From the NCBI GenBank assembly GCA_963830945.1, contig CAWHOH010000021.1, positions 82,606 through 146,605 on the forward strand: a stretch of 64,000 nt of DNA. The letters are read 5' to 3'. The notes under the pieces were generated by a model, which saw nothing but the letters and a program-made list of their open reading frames with translations, had not been told where the DNA came from and did not search any database. Below are positions 36,059 to 45,110 of this stretch, one piece after another. Each line of letters begins with the position of its first letter. Positions within the stretch are counted from its first letter, which is position 1. The stretch is from an uncultured Actinomycetota bacterium (GTDB lineage Bacteria > Actinomycetota > Thermoleophilia > Solirubrobacterales > Solirubrobacteraceae). A program made the translations under genes and the position numbers.

Positions 36059-36395
36059 CGTCTTCCTCCTGTTGTTTGAGTTGAACCAGTACTGCGTCCA
36101 TCGCGGTGAAGCGCTCCTCCCAGGTCCGCTCGTAGGCCTTGACCCAGTCGTGGATGGGCTTGAGCGCAGCCCCATTGAGGCGGTAGAGCCGCCGCCGCCC
36201 GTCGTCGCGCACGTGCACCGCACCGACCTCGCGCAGGACCCGCAGGTGCTTTGACACCTGCGGCTGGCTCAGTCCCAGCCCGGCGACGAGCTCACTGACG
36301 GAGCGCTCGCCCTGCGCCAGCAGGTCGAGGATCCGCCGCCGCTGGGGCTCGGCCACCGCGTTGAACGCGTCGGCCGTGGTTGCTGCACGGGCCAT
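36042..36395 (-). CDS. ArsR/SmtB family regulator
   Basis: MARAATTADAFNAVAEPQRRRIL...SQPQVSKHLRVLREVG. Confidence 0.93.
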   Translation of the reverse strand: MARAATTADAFNAVAEPQRRRILDLLAQGERSVSELVAGLGLSQPQVSKHLRVLREVGAVHVRDDGRRRLYRLNGAALKPIHDWVKAYERTWEERFTAMDAVLVQLKQQEEDDGGNG

Positions 36396-36403
36396 GGCCG
36401 CAC

Positions 36404-36431
36404 ATCATATTCCGATATAGGAATATGTCAA
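36404..36431 (-). promoter_or_regulatory. Sigma70-type promoter with a palindromic ArsR operator
   Basis: Minus strand TTGACA-N16-TATGAT; CATATTCC-GATATA-GGAATATG palindrome at 36406-36427. Confidence 0.75.
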
Positions 36432-36483
36432 CCGTCGTCCGTGCTCACCGTCGCCGACCGGGCACTGGTGACACCATGTCCCC

Positions 36484-37242
36484 ATGAGCGAGGCCGGCCG
36501 CGTGGCCGTCATCACCGGAGCCGGGTCCGGGATCGGGGCCGCCGTGGCCGCGCGGCTCATCGGCGCCGGCTGGCGGGTGGCGCTGGCCGGCCGGCGTGAG
36601 CAGGCCCTCACCGAGACCGCGTCGGCCGGGGCGCAGGCCGCCGGCGAGGCCCTGGTGGCACCCACCGACGTCACCGACTCCGACTCCGTCCACGCCCTGT
36701 TCGCCCGCGTGCTGGATCAGTGGGGGCGCGTCGACCTGCTCTTCAACAACGCCGGCATGTTCGGCACGCCCGCGCCGCTGGACGAGTTCGCGCTCGATCA
36801 GTGGCGCGCGGTCGTGGACACCAACCTCAGCGGCTGCTTCTACTGCGCCCAGGAGGCGTTTCGCGCGATGAAGGCGCAGAGCCCCAGCGGCGGGCGAATC
36901 ATCAACAACGGCTCGATCTCCGCCGCGGTGCCGCGTCCCAACGCCGTCGCCTACACGGCCACCAAGCACGCGATCACCGGCCTGACGCGCGCCATCTCGC
37001 TGGAGGGTCGCCCCTTTCAGATCGCCTGCGGCCAGATCGACATCGGCAACGCCGCCACCGAGCTCGCCGCGCACATCGGCAAGGGGACCGTCCAGGCCGA
37101 CGGGGGCATGGCCGCCGAGCCGATGATGGACCTCGGCCACGCCGCCGACGCCGTCGTGCACATGGCCAATCTCCCGCTCGACGCCAACGTGCTGTTCATG
37201 ACGATCATGGCCACGGCCATGCCGTTCGTCGGCCGGGGGTAG
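36484..37242 (+). CDS. Short-chain dehydrogenase
   Basis: [35 protein letters not shown]. Confidence 0.93.
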   Translation: MSEAGRVAVITGAGSGIGAAVAARLIGAGWRVALAGRREQALTETASAGAQAAGEALVAPTDVTDSDSVHALFARVLDQWGRVDLLFNNAGMFGTPAPLDEFALDQWRAVVDTNLSGCFYCAQEAFRAMKAQSPSGGRIINNGSISAAVPRPNAVAYTATKHAITGLTRAISLEGRPFQIACGQIDIGNAATELAAHIGKGTVQADGGMAAEPMMDLGHAADAVVHMANLPLDANVLFMTIMATAMPFVGRG

Positions 37243-37324
37243 CAGTGCCCTGAGTCCCACATCCGGTGTCAGCCCCGCGCAGCGGCTCGCAAGACCGCCA
37301 ACGGATGTCAGAGTCACGGCCCTG
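37243..37324. mobile_element. 82-bp MITE/REP-like element with 23-bp imperfect terminal inverted repeats
   Basis: CAGTGCCCTGAGTCCCACATCCG ... CGGATGTCAGAGTCACGGCCCTG (18/23 complementary), directly after the TAG stop. Confidence 0.45.
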
Positions 37325-37329
37325 ATAGC

Positions 37330-37424
37330 GGCGGCCACCACCTCAGGCGGCCGCCATCCCCGGCGGCCACTACCCCAGGCGGCCGCCACCCACGGCGGCC
37401 GCTACCCGAGGCGGCCGCTACCCC
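37330..37424. repeat. 16-bp tandem array, six copies
   Basis: GGCGGCCRCYAYCYVV units at 37330, 37346, 37362, 37378, 37394 and 37410. Confidence 0.9.
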
Positions 37425-37430
37425 GGCGCG

Positions 37431-37691
37431 CGTCAACGGCAGGCTGGGAGGGGGTGGCGTGTGAGTCAGCGTGGTGGGTGAGAGTCTTCAGGGCCGGTGA
37501 GAGGCAACGCCTATCACGGCCGGGCTGGCAGGGACGGGTTGCGGGAGATCTTCGTCGCTGGAGAGGGACGATCTCCCACGACCTCCCCGGTGAGAGGCTC
37601 CGTCGGCCGATTGGCGGTGTCTGTGGTAGGACGGTCCACTCACACGCTCGTCAGTCACACCACCGTCGCCCTTCCCTCAGCGCAGTTGACG
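37431..37691 (+). ncRNA. 261-nt rod-like structured element; candidate orphan IS110-family guide (bridge/seek-type) RNA or non-autonomous mini-IS110
   Basis: Nested stems CGTCAAC/GTTGACG, TGTGA/TCACA, AGCGTG/CACGCT, GTCTT/AGGAC, CGCC/GGCG, CGGCCGG/TCGGCCG, GGTTG/CGACC and GGGAGATC/GATCTCCC. G-U pairs favour the + strand. CCGGTGAGAGGC occurs twice (37494, 37587) in opposite internal loops. Confidence 0.55.
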
Positions 37692-37763
37692 TTCCGCCGG
37701 TGTCGCGCGCGCCCGCGGACAGCGCCGCCGCGGCACTCAACGATCTGGTAGCTGCTCGCGGCG

Positions 37764-39053
37764 TCAGGCCGAGCGCTGGTGCGCGCGGTGGATCATCTCC
37801 ACCAGGCGCTCGGCCGAGCCGCCCTTGACCAGCAGGCCCGAGGCGCCGGCCCGGAGCATCGCCAGGTAGGCGTCGGGGCCGTCGGCGGCGGTGAGCCCGA
37901 CGATGCGCGTGTCCGGAGAGCGCTCCTGGATCTGTCGTGCGGCCTCCGGGCCCCCGCCGCCCGGCATGATGAAGTCGACCACGGCGACGTCGGGCCGGGT
38001 GGCGGCCGCGAGCTCGACGATCTGCGGCACGTCGGCGGCGCTCCCCACCAGCTCCAGGCGCTCACCGCGCTTGATCATGGCCTCGATCGCCATCCGGGCC
38101 AGCGGATCGTCGTCGGCGATGACGACGCGGACCACGGCGCCCGAGTCGCTCGGACCAGTGGCCGGCTCGGCGGCGGTCGGACCCGAGCCCGATTCCAGCT
38201 GCGTCCGGGCCGCTCCGGCGGTGAGCCGCAGGGCCTGGCGCACGGCCGGCTCCAGTTCGGCGGCGGCGCCGGCGTGGCCGGCGGCGGCGGCGTCGCTCAA
38301 CTCCCGGCAGAGCGCCGCGACACGTGCCGCGCCGGCGTCGGCGGCCCGCTGGGCCAGGTCCGAGGCGGTGCGCTTGAGCACGTCGAAATCGCCGACATTG
38401 GCGGCGCGCCACAGCGCCGGCAGGACGGGGAGCGCATCACGGGCAAAGGCGGCGGCGAGCTCGGCGGTCGCACCGGCTCCAAGATCGGGCGGCGTCTCGA
38501 GCAACGCGACCGGCGAGGCGCTGCGCGCGGCAGCCGGCTCGGGCGCGGTCGCGGGCTGGGGGATGAGGCCGAGCCGCTCGCACTCGGCCTGCAGCGTCTC
38601 GAGGCGCAGGGGCTTGGCGATGTGGTGGTCCATCCCCGAGGCGAGGCACACCTCGCGCGGGAGGGAGGTCACCGCGACCACCGGGGGGCTGTGGTCCAGG
38701 CCGTCGCGGGCGCGGATCTGGCGCGCGGTGCGGTAGCCATCCACCGCGCCTGTCGCGCAGTCGATGAAGATCGCGACGTAGGGCCAGTCGGAGGACACCT
38801 TGACGGCGTCGGCCCCGTCGGCGACGGCGTCGGCGGGGATGCCGAGGTTCTTGAACAGCCGGCGGGCGGCGAGCTGGCACACCGCGTCATCGTCGACGAC
38901 CAGCACCCGCGGCTCCCACCGCCATTGGCCCTCGCGGACCGGACCGCCGGGCGCGGCCGGCGCGGCCGCGGGCGCCGTCCCAGCGGGCGCCGTCCTAGCG
39001 GGAGCCGTCGCCGCCGCAGTGGGAGCCGCCGCCGTTGTCTGGGCGTCGTCCAT
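37764..39053 (-). CDS. Tandem response-regulator protein: REC - degenerate Hpt - REC
   Basis: REC1 VLVVDDD..IFID..VTS..AKP; Hpt-like helix bundle lacking the His; REC2 VIADDD..VVDFIMP..LTA..VKG; no output domain. Confidence 0.8.
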   Translation of the reverse strand: MDDAQTTAAAPTAAATAPARTAPAGTAPAAAPAAPGGPVREGQWRWEPRVLVVDDDAVCQLAARRLFKNLGIPADAVADGADAVKVSSDWPYVAIFIDCATGAVDGYRTARQIRARDGLDHSPPVVAVTSLPREVCLASGMDHHIAKPLRLETLQAECERLGLIPQPATAPEPAAARSASPVALLETPPDLGAGATAELAAAFARDALPVLPALWRAANVGDFDVLKRTASDLAQRAADAGAARVAALCRELSDAAAAGHAGAAAELEPAVRQALRLTAGAARTQLESGSGPTAAEPATGPSDSGAVVRVVIADDDPLARMAIEAMIKRGERLELVGSAADVPQIVELAAATRPDVAVVDFIMPGGGGPEAARQIQERSPDTRIVGLTAADGPDAYLAMLRAGASGLLVKGGSAERLVEMIHRAHQRSA

Positions 39054-39078
39054 GGTCAAGAAGCCATCACCGTTGAAA

Positions 39079-39102
39079 GGAACCACATCATCATGTGGTT
39101 CC
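39079..39102. promoter_or_regulatory. Perfect 10-bp inverted repeat upstream of the REC-Hpt-REC gene
   Basis: GGAACCACAT-CATC-ATGTGGTTCC. Confidence 0.5.
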
Positions 39103-39170
39103 CGTTCATTCGGCCCTCGACACAGAGTCTTGACCATCCGGGCGCCGCCGCCCTGAGCCCGGATCGCCGG

Positions 39171-40562
39171 TCAGCCGATGCCGATGGTGCTGCCACCCTG
39201 CACAGGGAGTGGCACGGGCTCTGACTCCACAGGCGCCGGCGCGGCCCCGGCCTGGAAGTGCAGGTCGATCTCCAGTCCCCCGTCAGGTCGGGCGCGGACG
39301 GCGAGCACGGCATCGTGCGCGCGGGCGATCGCGGCCACGATCGAGAGCCCGAGCCCCAGGCCGTCGCGGTAGGACGTCCGGTCGGCGGAGAGGCGCTGGA
39401 AGGGCTGGAGCAGCCGCTCCACCTCCTCCTCGGGCACCACCGGCCCGGTGTTGGTGACGATCAGGCTGGCACCGTCCCCGGAACGCAGCGACACGTCCAC
39501 GCGGCCACCGGGAACGTTGTGGCGGATCGCGTTGTCGACCAGGTTGGACACCAGCCGCTCGATCAGGCGCCCGTCCCCTGAGATGGTCGCGGGCGCCAGC
39601 GCCTGCCCGATCGTCACATCCCGGCCCGCGGCGACACCCTCGCGTGAGCCCAGCACCTCTCCGACGACCGAGGTGAGGTCGACCGCCTCGGCGCGATCGA
39701 TCCCGCGCTGGCTCTGCGCGAGGGTGAGGAGCGCTTCGATGAGCTGCTCCTGCTGCTCTGACTCCTCGAGCACCTGCTCGCAGGTCGCCCGGAAGGTGGA
39801 CACGGTCGCCCTCGGATCCGAGAGCACCATCTCCAGCAGCGCCCGGACCGCGGTGAGCGGGGTGCGCAGCTCGTGGGACGCGTTGGCCACGAAGCGCCGC
39901 TGGGCGTCGAACGCACCCTCCAGCCGGCCGAGCAGGCCGTCGATCGTGTCGGCCAGCTGACGCAGCTCGTCGCGCGGGCCTGGCATCGACAGGCGCCGGT
40001 TGAGGTTCTCCTCGGAGATCTCCTGGGTGGTCGTGGTCATCGTGCGCAGCGGGCGCAGGACCCGTCCGGCCACCACCCAGCCCAGCGCGGTGGAGATGAT
40101 CGCCATCAGGGCCAGCGCGAGCGCGGACTCGATGATCAGCTGATGCAAATCGGCGACGTGCTGGGTGTAGACGACCTCGCCGAGCGCCCTCTGGCCCGAC
40201 GCGGTGCGCAGGAGCCGCTGGATCGGGAGCGGAAGCGCCTTTCCGGCCACCTTGAACTGGGCGTCGGGGGGAAGCTTGATTGAGCCCGGGCCGTGAACCT
40301 TGGTGAGCTGCTGCAGCTCGGCGCCGGCCAACCCCGCTCGGTTGCTCGGCAATGCTCCCCGCCGGTCGGTCGCGATGAAGGAGACGCGCGGTCCCTGGGG
40401 GAACACGGCGGCGTTGTCGACAAGCGTGTAGGTGATGGCCAGCAGCGCTGCTCCGGAGATGAGGAACAGGCCTCCGTAGAGGAGGGTCAGTCGCCACCGG
40501 ACCGTGGTCTTGGGGTGACGTATCCGCCCGGCGAGGCCGGCCAGACGGCGCCCGGCGCTCAC
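39171..40562 (-). CDS. HAMP sensor histidine kinase (CutS/VanS-like)
   Basis: RLTLLYGGLF, FVANASHELRTP, NLVDNA, NTGP, GLGLGLSIV; GTGA overlap. Confidence 0.93.
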   Translation of the reverse strand: MSAGRRLAGLAGRIRHPKTTVRWRLTLLYGGLFLISGAALLAITYTLVDNAAVFPQGPRVSFIATDRRGALPSNRAGLAGAELQQLTKVHGPGSIKLPPDAQFKVAGKALPLPIQRLLRTASGQRALGEVVYTQHVADLHQLIIESALALALMAIISTALGWVVAGRVLRPLRTMTTTTQEISEENLNRRLSMPGPRDELRQLADTIDGLLGRLEGAFDAQRRFVANASHELRTPLTAVRALLEMVLSDPRATVSTFRATCEQVLEESEQQEQLIEALLTLAQSQRGIDRAEAVDLTSVVGEVLGSREGVAAGRDVTIGQALAPATISGDGRLIERLVSNLVDNAIRHNVPGGRVDVSLRSGDGASLIVTNTGPVVPEEEVERLLQPFQRLSADRTSYRDGLGLGLSIVAAIARAHDAVLAVRARPDGGLEIDLHFQAGAAPAPVESEPVPLPVQGGSTIGIG

Positions 40563-41224
40563 GCCGCGTCGCCGATCCGGTAGCCGACCGGCGTCACGGT
40601 GGCGATGACCGGCGGATCTCCCAGCTTGGCTCGGAGCCGGCTGATCGTCATCCGCACAGCGTTGGTGAACGGGTCGGTCGCATCGTCCCACGCGTGCTCC
40701 AGGATCCGCTCGGTGGAGACGACATCGCCCTCGGCCCCCATCAGCAGCTCCAGGACGGAGAACTCCTTGGGGCTGAGCGCCAACGGGCGCCCCGCGCGGT
40801 TCACCGTCCGCCGCGCCGAGTCAAGCTCGAGGTCCCCGTAGAAGAGGGTCGGTGGCCGCACCGCCCGCGACCGGCGCGACAGCGCGCGGATCCGGGCGAC
40901 GAGCTCGGCGAGGTGAAACGGCTTGGACAGATAATCGTCGGCCCCGAGGTCGAGGCCCTCGACGCGGTCGGCGATCGTGGTGGCGGCGGTGAGCATCAGC
41001 ACGCTCCCAGGGGCGCCGTTGGCCACCAGCGACCGGCACACCTCGTCGCCATGGACGCCGGGGAGATCTCTGTCGAGCACCACCACGTCATAGGCGGTCA
41101 GGGCGATCCGGTCAAGGGCCTCGCGACCGTCGAAGGCGACGTCGACGGCCATGCCCTCCCGGCGCAGCACCGTCGCCACGGTCTCGGCGAGGCGCGCGTG
41201 GTCCTCCACGACCAGCACCCTCAT
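40559..41224 (-). CDS. OmpR-family response regulator (CutR/VanR-like)
   Basis: VLDRDLPGVHGDEVC, MLTAA, GADDYLSKPF, VRMTISRLRAKLGDP. Confidence 0.95.
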   Translation of the reverse strand: MRVLVVEDHARLAETVATVLRREGMAVDVAFDGREALDRIALTAYDVVVLDRDLPGVHGDEVCRSLVANGAPGSVLMLTAATTIADRVEGLDLGADDYLSKPFHLAELVARIRALSRRSRAVRPPTLFYGDLELDSARRTVNRAGRPLALSPKEFSVLELLMGAEGDVVSTERILEHAWDDATDPFTNAVRMTISRLRAKLGDPPVIATVTPVGYRIGDAA

Positions 41225-41319
41225 CCGTTGCTCCTCACGCCGTCACCTGTTCGCTTCTGTGGTGCGCCGGCGCGGGTATCCCCGCGCCGGCGTCTGCCCG
41301 GTGAGGATGCCCCATCGCA

Positions 41320-41355
41320 CATAACAGCTGCATAACAGCGTTACAGCCGCGTTAC
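41320..41355. promoter_or_regulatory. Oppositely oriented OmpR-type direct-repeat boxes
   Basis: CATAACAGC x2 (41320, 41331) and GCGTTAC x2 (41338, 41349), 11-bp period. Confidence 0.65.
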
Positions 41356-41421
41356 CGGTGGGGCCGTACAACGTCCTCGGCACATGAAGATGCACGCGGC
41401 GCACCGTCCGGGGGGCAAACC

Positions 41422-43053
41422 ATGACCGTCCTACGTCGTGTGGCGAGGCACCGGCGAGGGCTGCTCGGGGCGCTCACGCTCGCGATCACCGCAGGCGTGA
41501 TCGTCGTGCTCGTGCTCGTCGCCGGCTCGCCCTCGCCGACCCCCGCGGCGGGCGCTGCCAAGACGCCGGCCGGCGCCGCGATTGTCAAGCGGCGCAACCT
41601 GGTGCAGACCGACACCGAGGCGGGGACGCTCAGCTATGCCAAGCCCCAGACCGTCTATGACCGCCTCAGCGGGACGATCACCTGGCTGCCGGGCGTGGGG
41701 CAGGTGATCAGGCCCGGGGGGACGCTGTTCCGGGTCAACGGCGCGCCGGTGATCCTCATGAACGGCAACACGCCCGCCTACCGCACGCTGTCGGCGGCCG
41801 ACACCAACGGCGCCGACGTGCTCGAGCTCAACCGCGACCTCGTCGCGCTCGGCTTCAACGCCAACGGGATCGTCGTCGACGATGTGTGGCAGCCGGCCAC
41901 CAGCCTCGGCGTCGAGCTGCTTCAGGAGTCGCTCGGAGAGACCGCGACGGGGAGCCTGTCCCTGGGCAAGGTCGTGTTCCTCCCCGGGCCGCAGCTCGTC
42001 GGGACAGTGGAGGGCACGGTCGGCAACACCGCCAACGGCGGTAGCGCCGCGACCCCCGCCTCGGTGACGCCCGATCCGCCGGCCCCGGAGTTCGTGAGCC
42101 TCACCTCGGACGTCGCGACCACCACTGCGACGACGTCCTCGACGACGACCACGTCGACGACCGCGCCCACCACCACGCCGACCACGACGACGCCGTCCCC
42201 CACACACCACCACAAGCGCAAGAAGGGGGCGGGTCAGACCCCCTCGCTGGCCGCGCTGCTGGCCCTGCTCAAGGCCGAGACCGCGCAGCTGAAGGCCGAG
42301 GCCGAGCAGCTCAAGGCCGAGCAGCACCAGAACGGCCAGGGCAACTCGCCGTCGGGTAACGGGAACGGCTCGAACAACAACAGCGGCAACCACAACAGCG
42401 GCAATCAGGGCAACGGCAACAACGGCGCCAACAACAACGGCGGCAACGGCGGCAACGGCGGGAACGGCAACGCTGGAGCCAACAGCGGGGCCAGCGGCAG
42501 CAGCGGCGAGGCGGTCCTCGAGACGACCTCCACCCACCTCGTCGTCACCGTCGATCTCGACGCCTCGGTGCAGAGCGAGGCAAAGGTGGGCGAGCCGGTG
42601 TCGGTTCAGCTCCCCGGCGGCAACACGGTGCACGGCAAGGTGACCGCGGTCAGCTCGGTGGCACAGAGCTCCAGCTCCGGGGGCAACGGCTCAGGCAACG
42701 GAGGCGGGAGCGGCGGCAGTGGCGGCGGCGGGAGCGGCGGCGGTGGTGGCGGCGGCGGCTCGGGATCGTCCTCCACCATCCCCGTCACGATCACGCTCTC
42801 TGGCCACCACAAGGGCGCCGGGCTCGACGAGGCGGCCGTGAGCGTGAACTTCGCGCAGGCGCGCGCCAAGAACGTGCTGTCGGTCCCGGTGACGGCCCTC
42901 GTCGCGGTGTCAGGTGGCAACTATGCGGTCCAGGAGGCGGCGGCCCCCCACAGCCTGCTCCCCGTCAGCGTCGGCCTGTTCGCCGCGGGGTACGTGCAGA
43001 TCTCCGGCCCGGGCATCCATACCGGCCTGCAGGTCACCGATTCCCAGGGATGA
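41422..43053 (+). CDS. MacA-like adaptor / peptidoglycan-binding protein with long low-complexity insertions
   Basis: N-terminal TM; GTITWLP..G.VI..G..LFRVNG.PV.LM.G..PAYR.L; DV.EL...L.ALG; VLSVPV.AL; T-rich, N/G-rich and G/S-rich tracts. Confidence 0.8.
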   Translation: MTVLRRVARHRRGLLGALTLAITAGVIVVLVLVAGSPSPTPAAGAAKTPAGAAIVKRRNLVQTDTEAGTLSYAKPQTVYDRLSGTITWLPGVGQVIRPGGTLFRVNGAPVILMNGNTPAYRTLSAADTNGADVLELNRDLVALGFNANGIVVDDVWQPATSLGVELLQESLGETATGSLSLGKVVFLPGPQLVGTVEGTVGNTANGGSAATPASVTPDPPAPEFVSLTSDVATTTATTSSTTTTSTTAPTTTPTTTTPSPTHHHKRKKGAGQTPSLAALLALLKAETAQLKAEAEQLKAEQHQNGQGNSPSGNGNGSNNNSGNHNSGNQGNGNNGANNNGGNGGNGGNGNAGANSGASGSSGEAVLETTSTHLVVTVDLDASVQSEAKVGEPVSVQLPGGNTVHGKVTAVSSVAQSSSSGGNGSGNGGGSGGSGGGGSGGGGGGGGSGSSSTIPVTITLSGHHKGAGLDEAAVSVNFAQARAKNVLSVPVTALVAVSGGNYAVQEAAAPHSLLPVSVGLFAAGYVQISGPGIHTGLQVTDSQG

Positions 43054-43724
43054 GTACGACGCTGTCGCTCGAGACGGTGGTCAAGGAGTACCCCGGCGGG
43101 GTCTCCGCGCTGCGGGGCGTGAGCATCGACATCGCCGACCGCGACCAGGTGGCCGTCGTGGGCCCGTCGGGCTCGGGCAAGACGACGCTGCTCACCATCC
43201 TCGGGACCCTGGAGCGTCCCAGTCAGGGCGACGTCCGGGTCGCCGGCGTCGACGTCGTGACCGCCTCGGACCGCCAGCTCGCCGGACTGCGCGCCCACGA
43301 GATCGGCTTCGTGTTCCAGAGCTTTCACCTCCAGGAGTGGATGACGGCGGTCGACAACGTCGCCAACGGCATGCTCTACACCGGCGTGCGCGCCCGCGAG
43401 CGGCGCGAGGCGGCGCGTGTCGCGCTGGAGCGCGTCGGGCTCGGGCATCGGCTCGATCACCGTCCCGGGCAGCTCTCGGGCGGTGAGCGCCAGCGCGTGG
43501 CGATCGCCCGCGCGCTGGCCAAGAAGCCCGTCATCATGCTGGCCGACGAGCCGACCGGCAACCTGGACTCCAAGTCAGGCGCCGAGGTCGTGGCGCTGCT
43601 GCACGAACTGGCCGCCGAAGGGGCGACGCTCGTCCTCATCACGCACGACGCCGGCATCGCCGCCACCTTTGACCGGCGCATCCAGATGCGCGACGGCGAG
43701 ATCGTCTCCGACGAGCGGCGATGA
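43050..43724 (+). CDS. ABC transporter ATP-binding protein (MacB/LolD type)
   Basis: [36 protein letters not shown]. Confidence 0.95.
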   Translation: MSTTLSLETVVKEYPGGVSALRGVSIDIADRDQVAVVGPSGSGKTTLLTILGTLERPSQGDVRVAGVDVVTASDRQLAGLRAHEIGFVFQSFHLQEWMTAVDNVANGMLYTGVRARERREAARVALERVGLGHRLDHRPGQLSGGERQRVAIARALAKKPVIMLADEPTGNLDSKSGAEVVALLHELAAEGATLVLITHDAGIAATFDRRIQMRDGEIVSDERR

Positions 43725-44962
43725 CCAGCCTCGCCGCCCCCTCACCCGCGCCGCCGCCCCGGGCCCCGGCGGGCCTCAAGGCCGCGCGGCTGCCCCCGCG
43801 CGAGCTGTTCGGCGCGGCCCTGCAGGGGCTGCGCACCCGCCGGCTGCGCGCCGCCCTGTCGGCGCTGGGGATCGCCATCGGGATCGGGGCGATGGTCGCC
43901 GTCGTCGGCGTGTCGGCCTCCAGCCAGGCCCAGCTCCTGGCCGAGATCGACGCGCTGGGCACCAACCTGCTCACCGCCACGCCCGGCACCACCTTCTCCG
44001 GCAACAACGAGATCCTCCCCACCAGCTCGGTGCCGATGGTGGCCGGGATGCAGAACGTCAACAACGACGTGGCCGTCTACCAGGTCTCCGGAGCCACCGT
44101 CCTGCGCACCCCGTACGTACCGGCGCAGGAGACGGGGGGCATCGGCGTCGATGCGGTCGGCGAGAACCTGCCCCAGGTGATGAACGTCTCGATGGCCGCC
44201 GGTCACTTCCTGGACGCGGTGAGCGAGCACTACCCGGAGGTGGTGCTCGGTGCCCAGGCGGCCAGTGTCCTGCAGATCGAGACCGTCGGCGGCCACGTCG
44301 AGGTCTACCTCGGGCACACGTGGTTCAGCGTCGTCGGGATCCTCAAGCCGGTGCTGCTGGACTCCACCCTGGACTCGACGGCGTTCATCTCGCTGCCCGT
44401 CGCCGAGCGTCTGTTCCGGGTCACGCCCAACCCCTCGGAGATCTACCTGCGCGCCAACGTCGACCACGTGCCCGCCGTGGCCAACCTGGTGGCGCCGACC
44501 GCCGATCCGCAGAACGCCTCGGGCGTCGACGTCAGCCGCCCGTCCGACGCGCTCGAGGCCCGGGCCGCCGCCAAGGGCCAGTTCACCACGCTCCTGCTGG
44601 GCCTGGGCGCGGTGGCGCTGCTCGTCGGCGCGATCGGGATCGCCAACATCATGGTCATCTCGGTACTCGAGCGCCGCGGCGAGATCGGCCTGCGCCGCGC
44701 GCTGGGCGCCACCCGGCGCCACGTGAGCCTCCAGTTCCTCACCGAATCGGCGCTGCTCGCGGCCCTGGGCAGCGTGGTTGGCCTCGGGCTGGGAGCGGGC
44801 GCCACCGAGGTGTACTCGATCGCGCAGAGGGAGCCGTTCGTGGTACCGCTGTACGCACTGGTGGCCGCGCCCGCCTCGGGGTTGATCATCGGCGCCCTCG
44901 CGGGGCTGTACCCCGCGGGCAAGGCGGCCCGCCTGAGCCCCACCGAGGCGCTCCGGGCCTAG
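43721..44962 (+). CDS. ABC transporter permease (MacB/FtsX type)
   Basis: [46 protein letters not shown]. Confidence 0.95.
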   Translation: MTSLAAPSPAPPPRAPAGLKAARLPPRELFGAALQGLRTRRLRAALSALGIAIGIGAMVAVVGVSASSQAQLLAEIDALGTNLLTATPGTTFSGNNEILPTSSVPMVAGMQNVNNDVAVYQVSGATVLRTPYVPAQETGGIGVDAVGENLPQVMNVSMAAGHFLDAVSEHYPEVVLGAQAASVLQIETVGGHVEVYLGHTWFSVVGILKPVLLDSTLDSTAFISLPVAERLFRVTPNPSEIYLRANVDHVPAVANLVAPTADPQNASGVDVSRPSDALEARAAAKGQFTTLLLGLGAVALLVGAIGIANIMVISVLERRGEIGLRRALGATRRHVSLQFLTESALLAALGSVVGLGLGAGATEVYSIAQREPFVVPLYALVAAPASGLIIGALAGLYPAGKAARLSPTEALRA

Positions 44963-45024
44963 GCCCGGTCCGCGATCGCGCCCGGTCCGCGATCGCGCCC
45001 GGTCCGCGATCGCGCCCGGTCCGC
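44963..45024. repeat. 17-bp tandem repeat, 3.6 copies
   Basis: GCCCGGTCCGCGATCGC repeated, starting immediately after the TAG stop. Confidence 0.9.
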
Positions 45025-45110
45025 CCGCCCCATGAGCACCACCCTGATGACAAATCGGCCCACTATGGTCCGGATTGTCATCACCGTCAGAGGTATGGTC
45101 CGCAACTGTC

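Noticed and set aside
37330-37424. CRISPR array (also considered for 44963-45024)
   Set aside because: Units are 16-17 bp and contiguous, with no unique spacers and no cas genes
37431-37691. SRP RNA, RNase P RNA, tmRNA or 6S RNA
   Set aside because: No SRP CAGG..GGAA..AGCAG domain, no RNase P GAGGAAAGTCC and no tRNA-like ends. The twin identical loops are not a 6S feature, although only a covariance search can fully exclude 6S/Ms1.
39171-41224. Vancomycin-resistance vanRS locus
   Set aside because: No vanHAX or related genes; the pair is linked to a MacAB-like ABC operon, as CutRS-like systems often are
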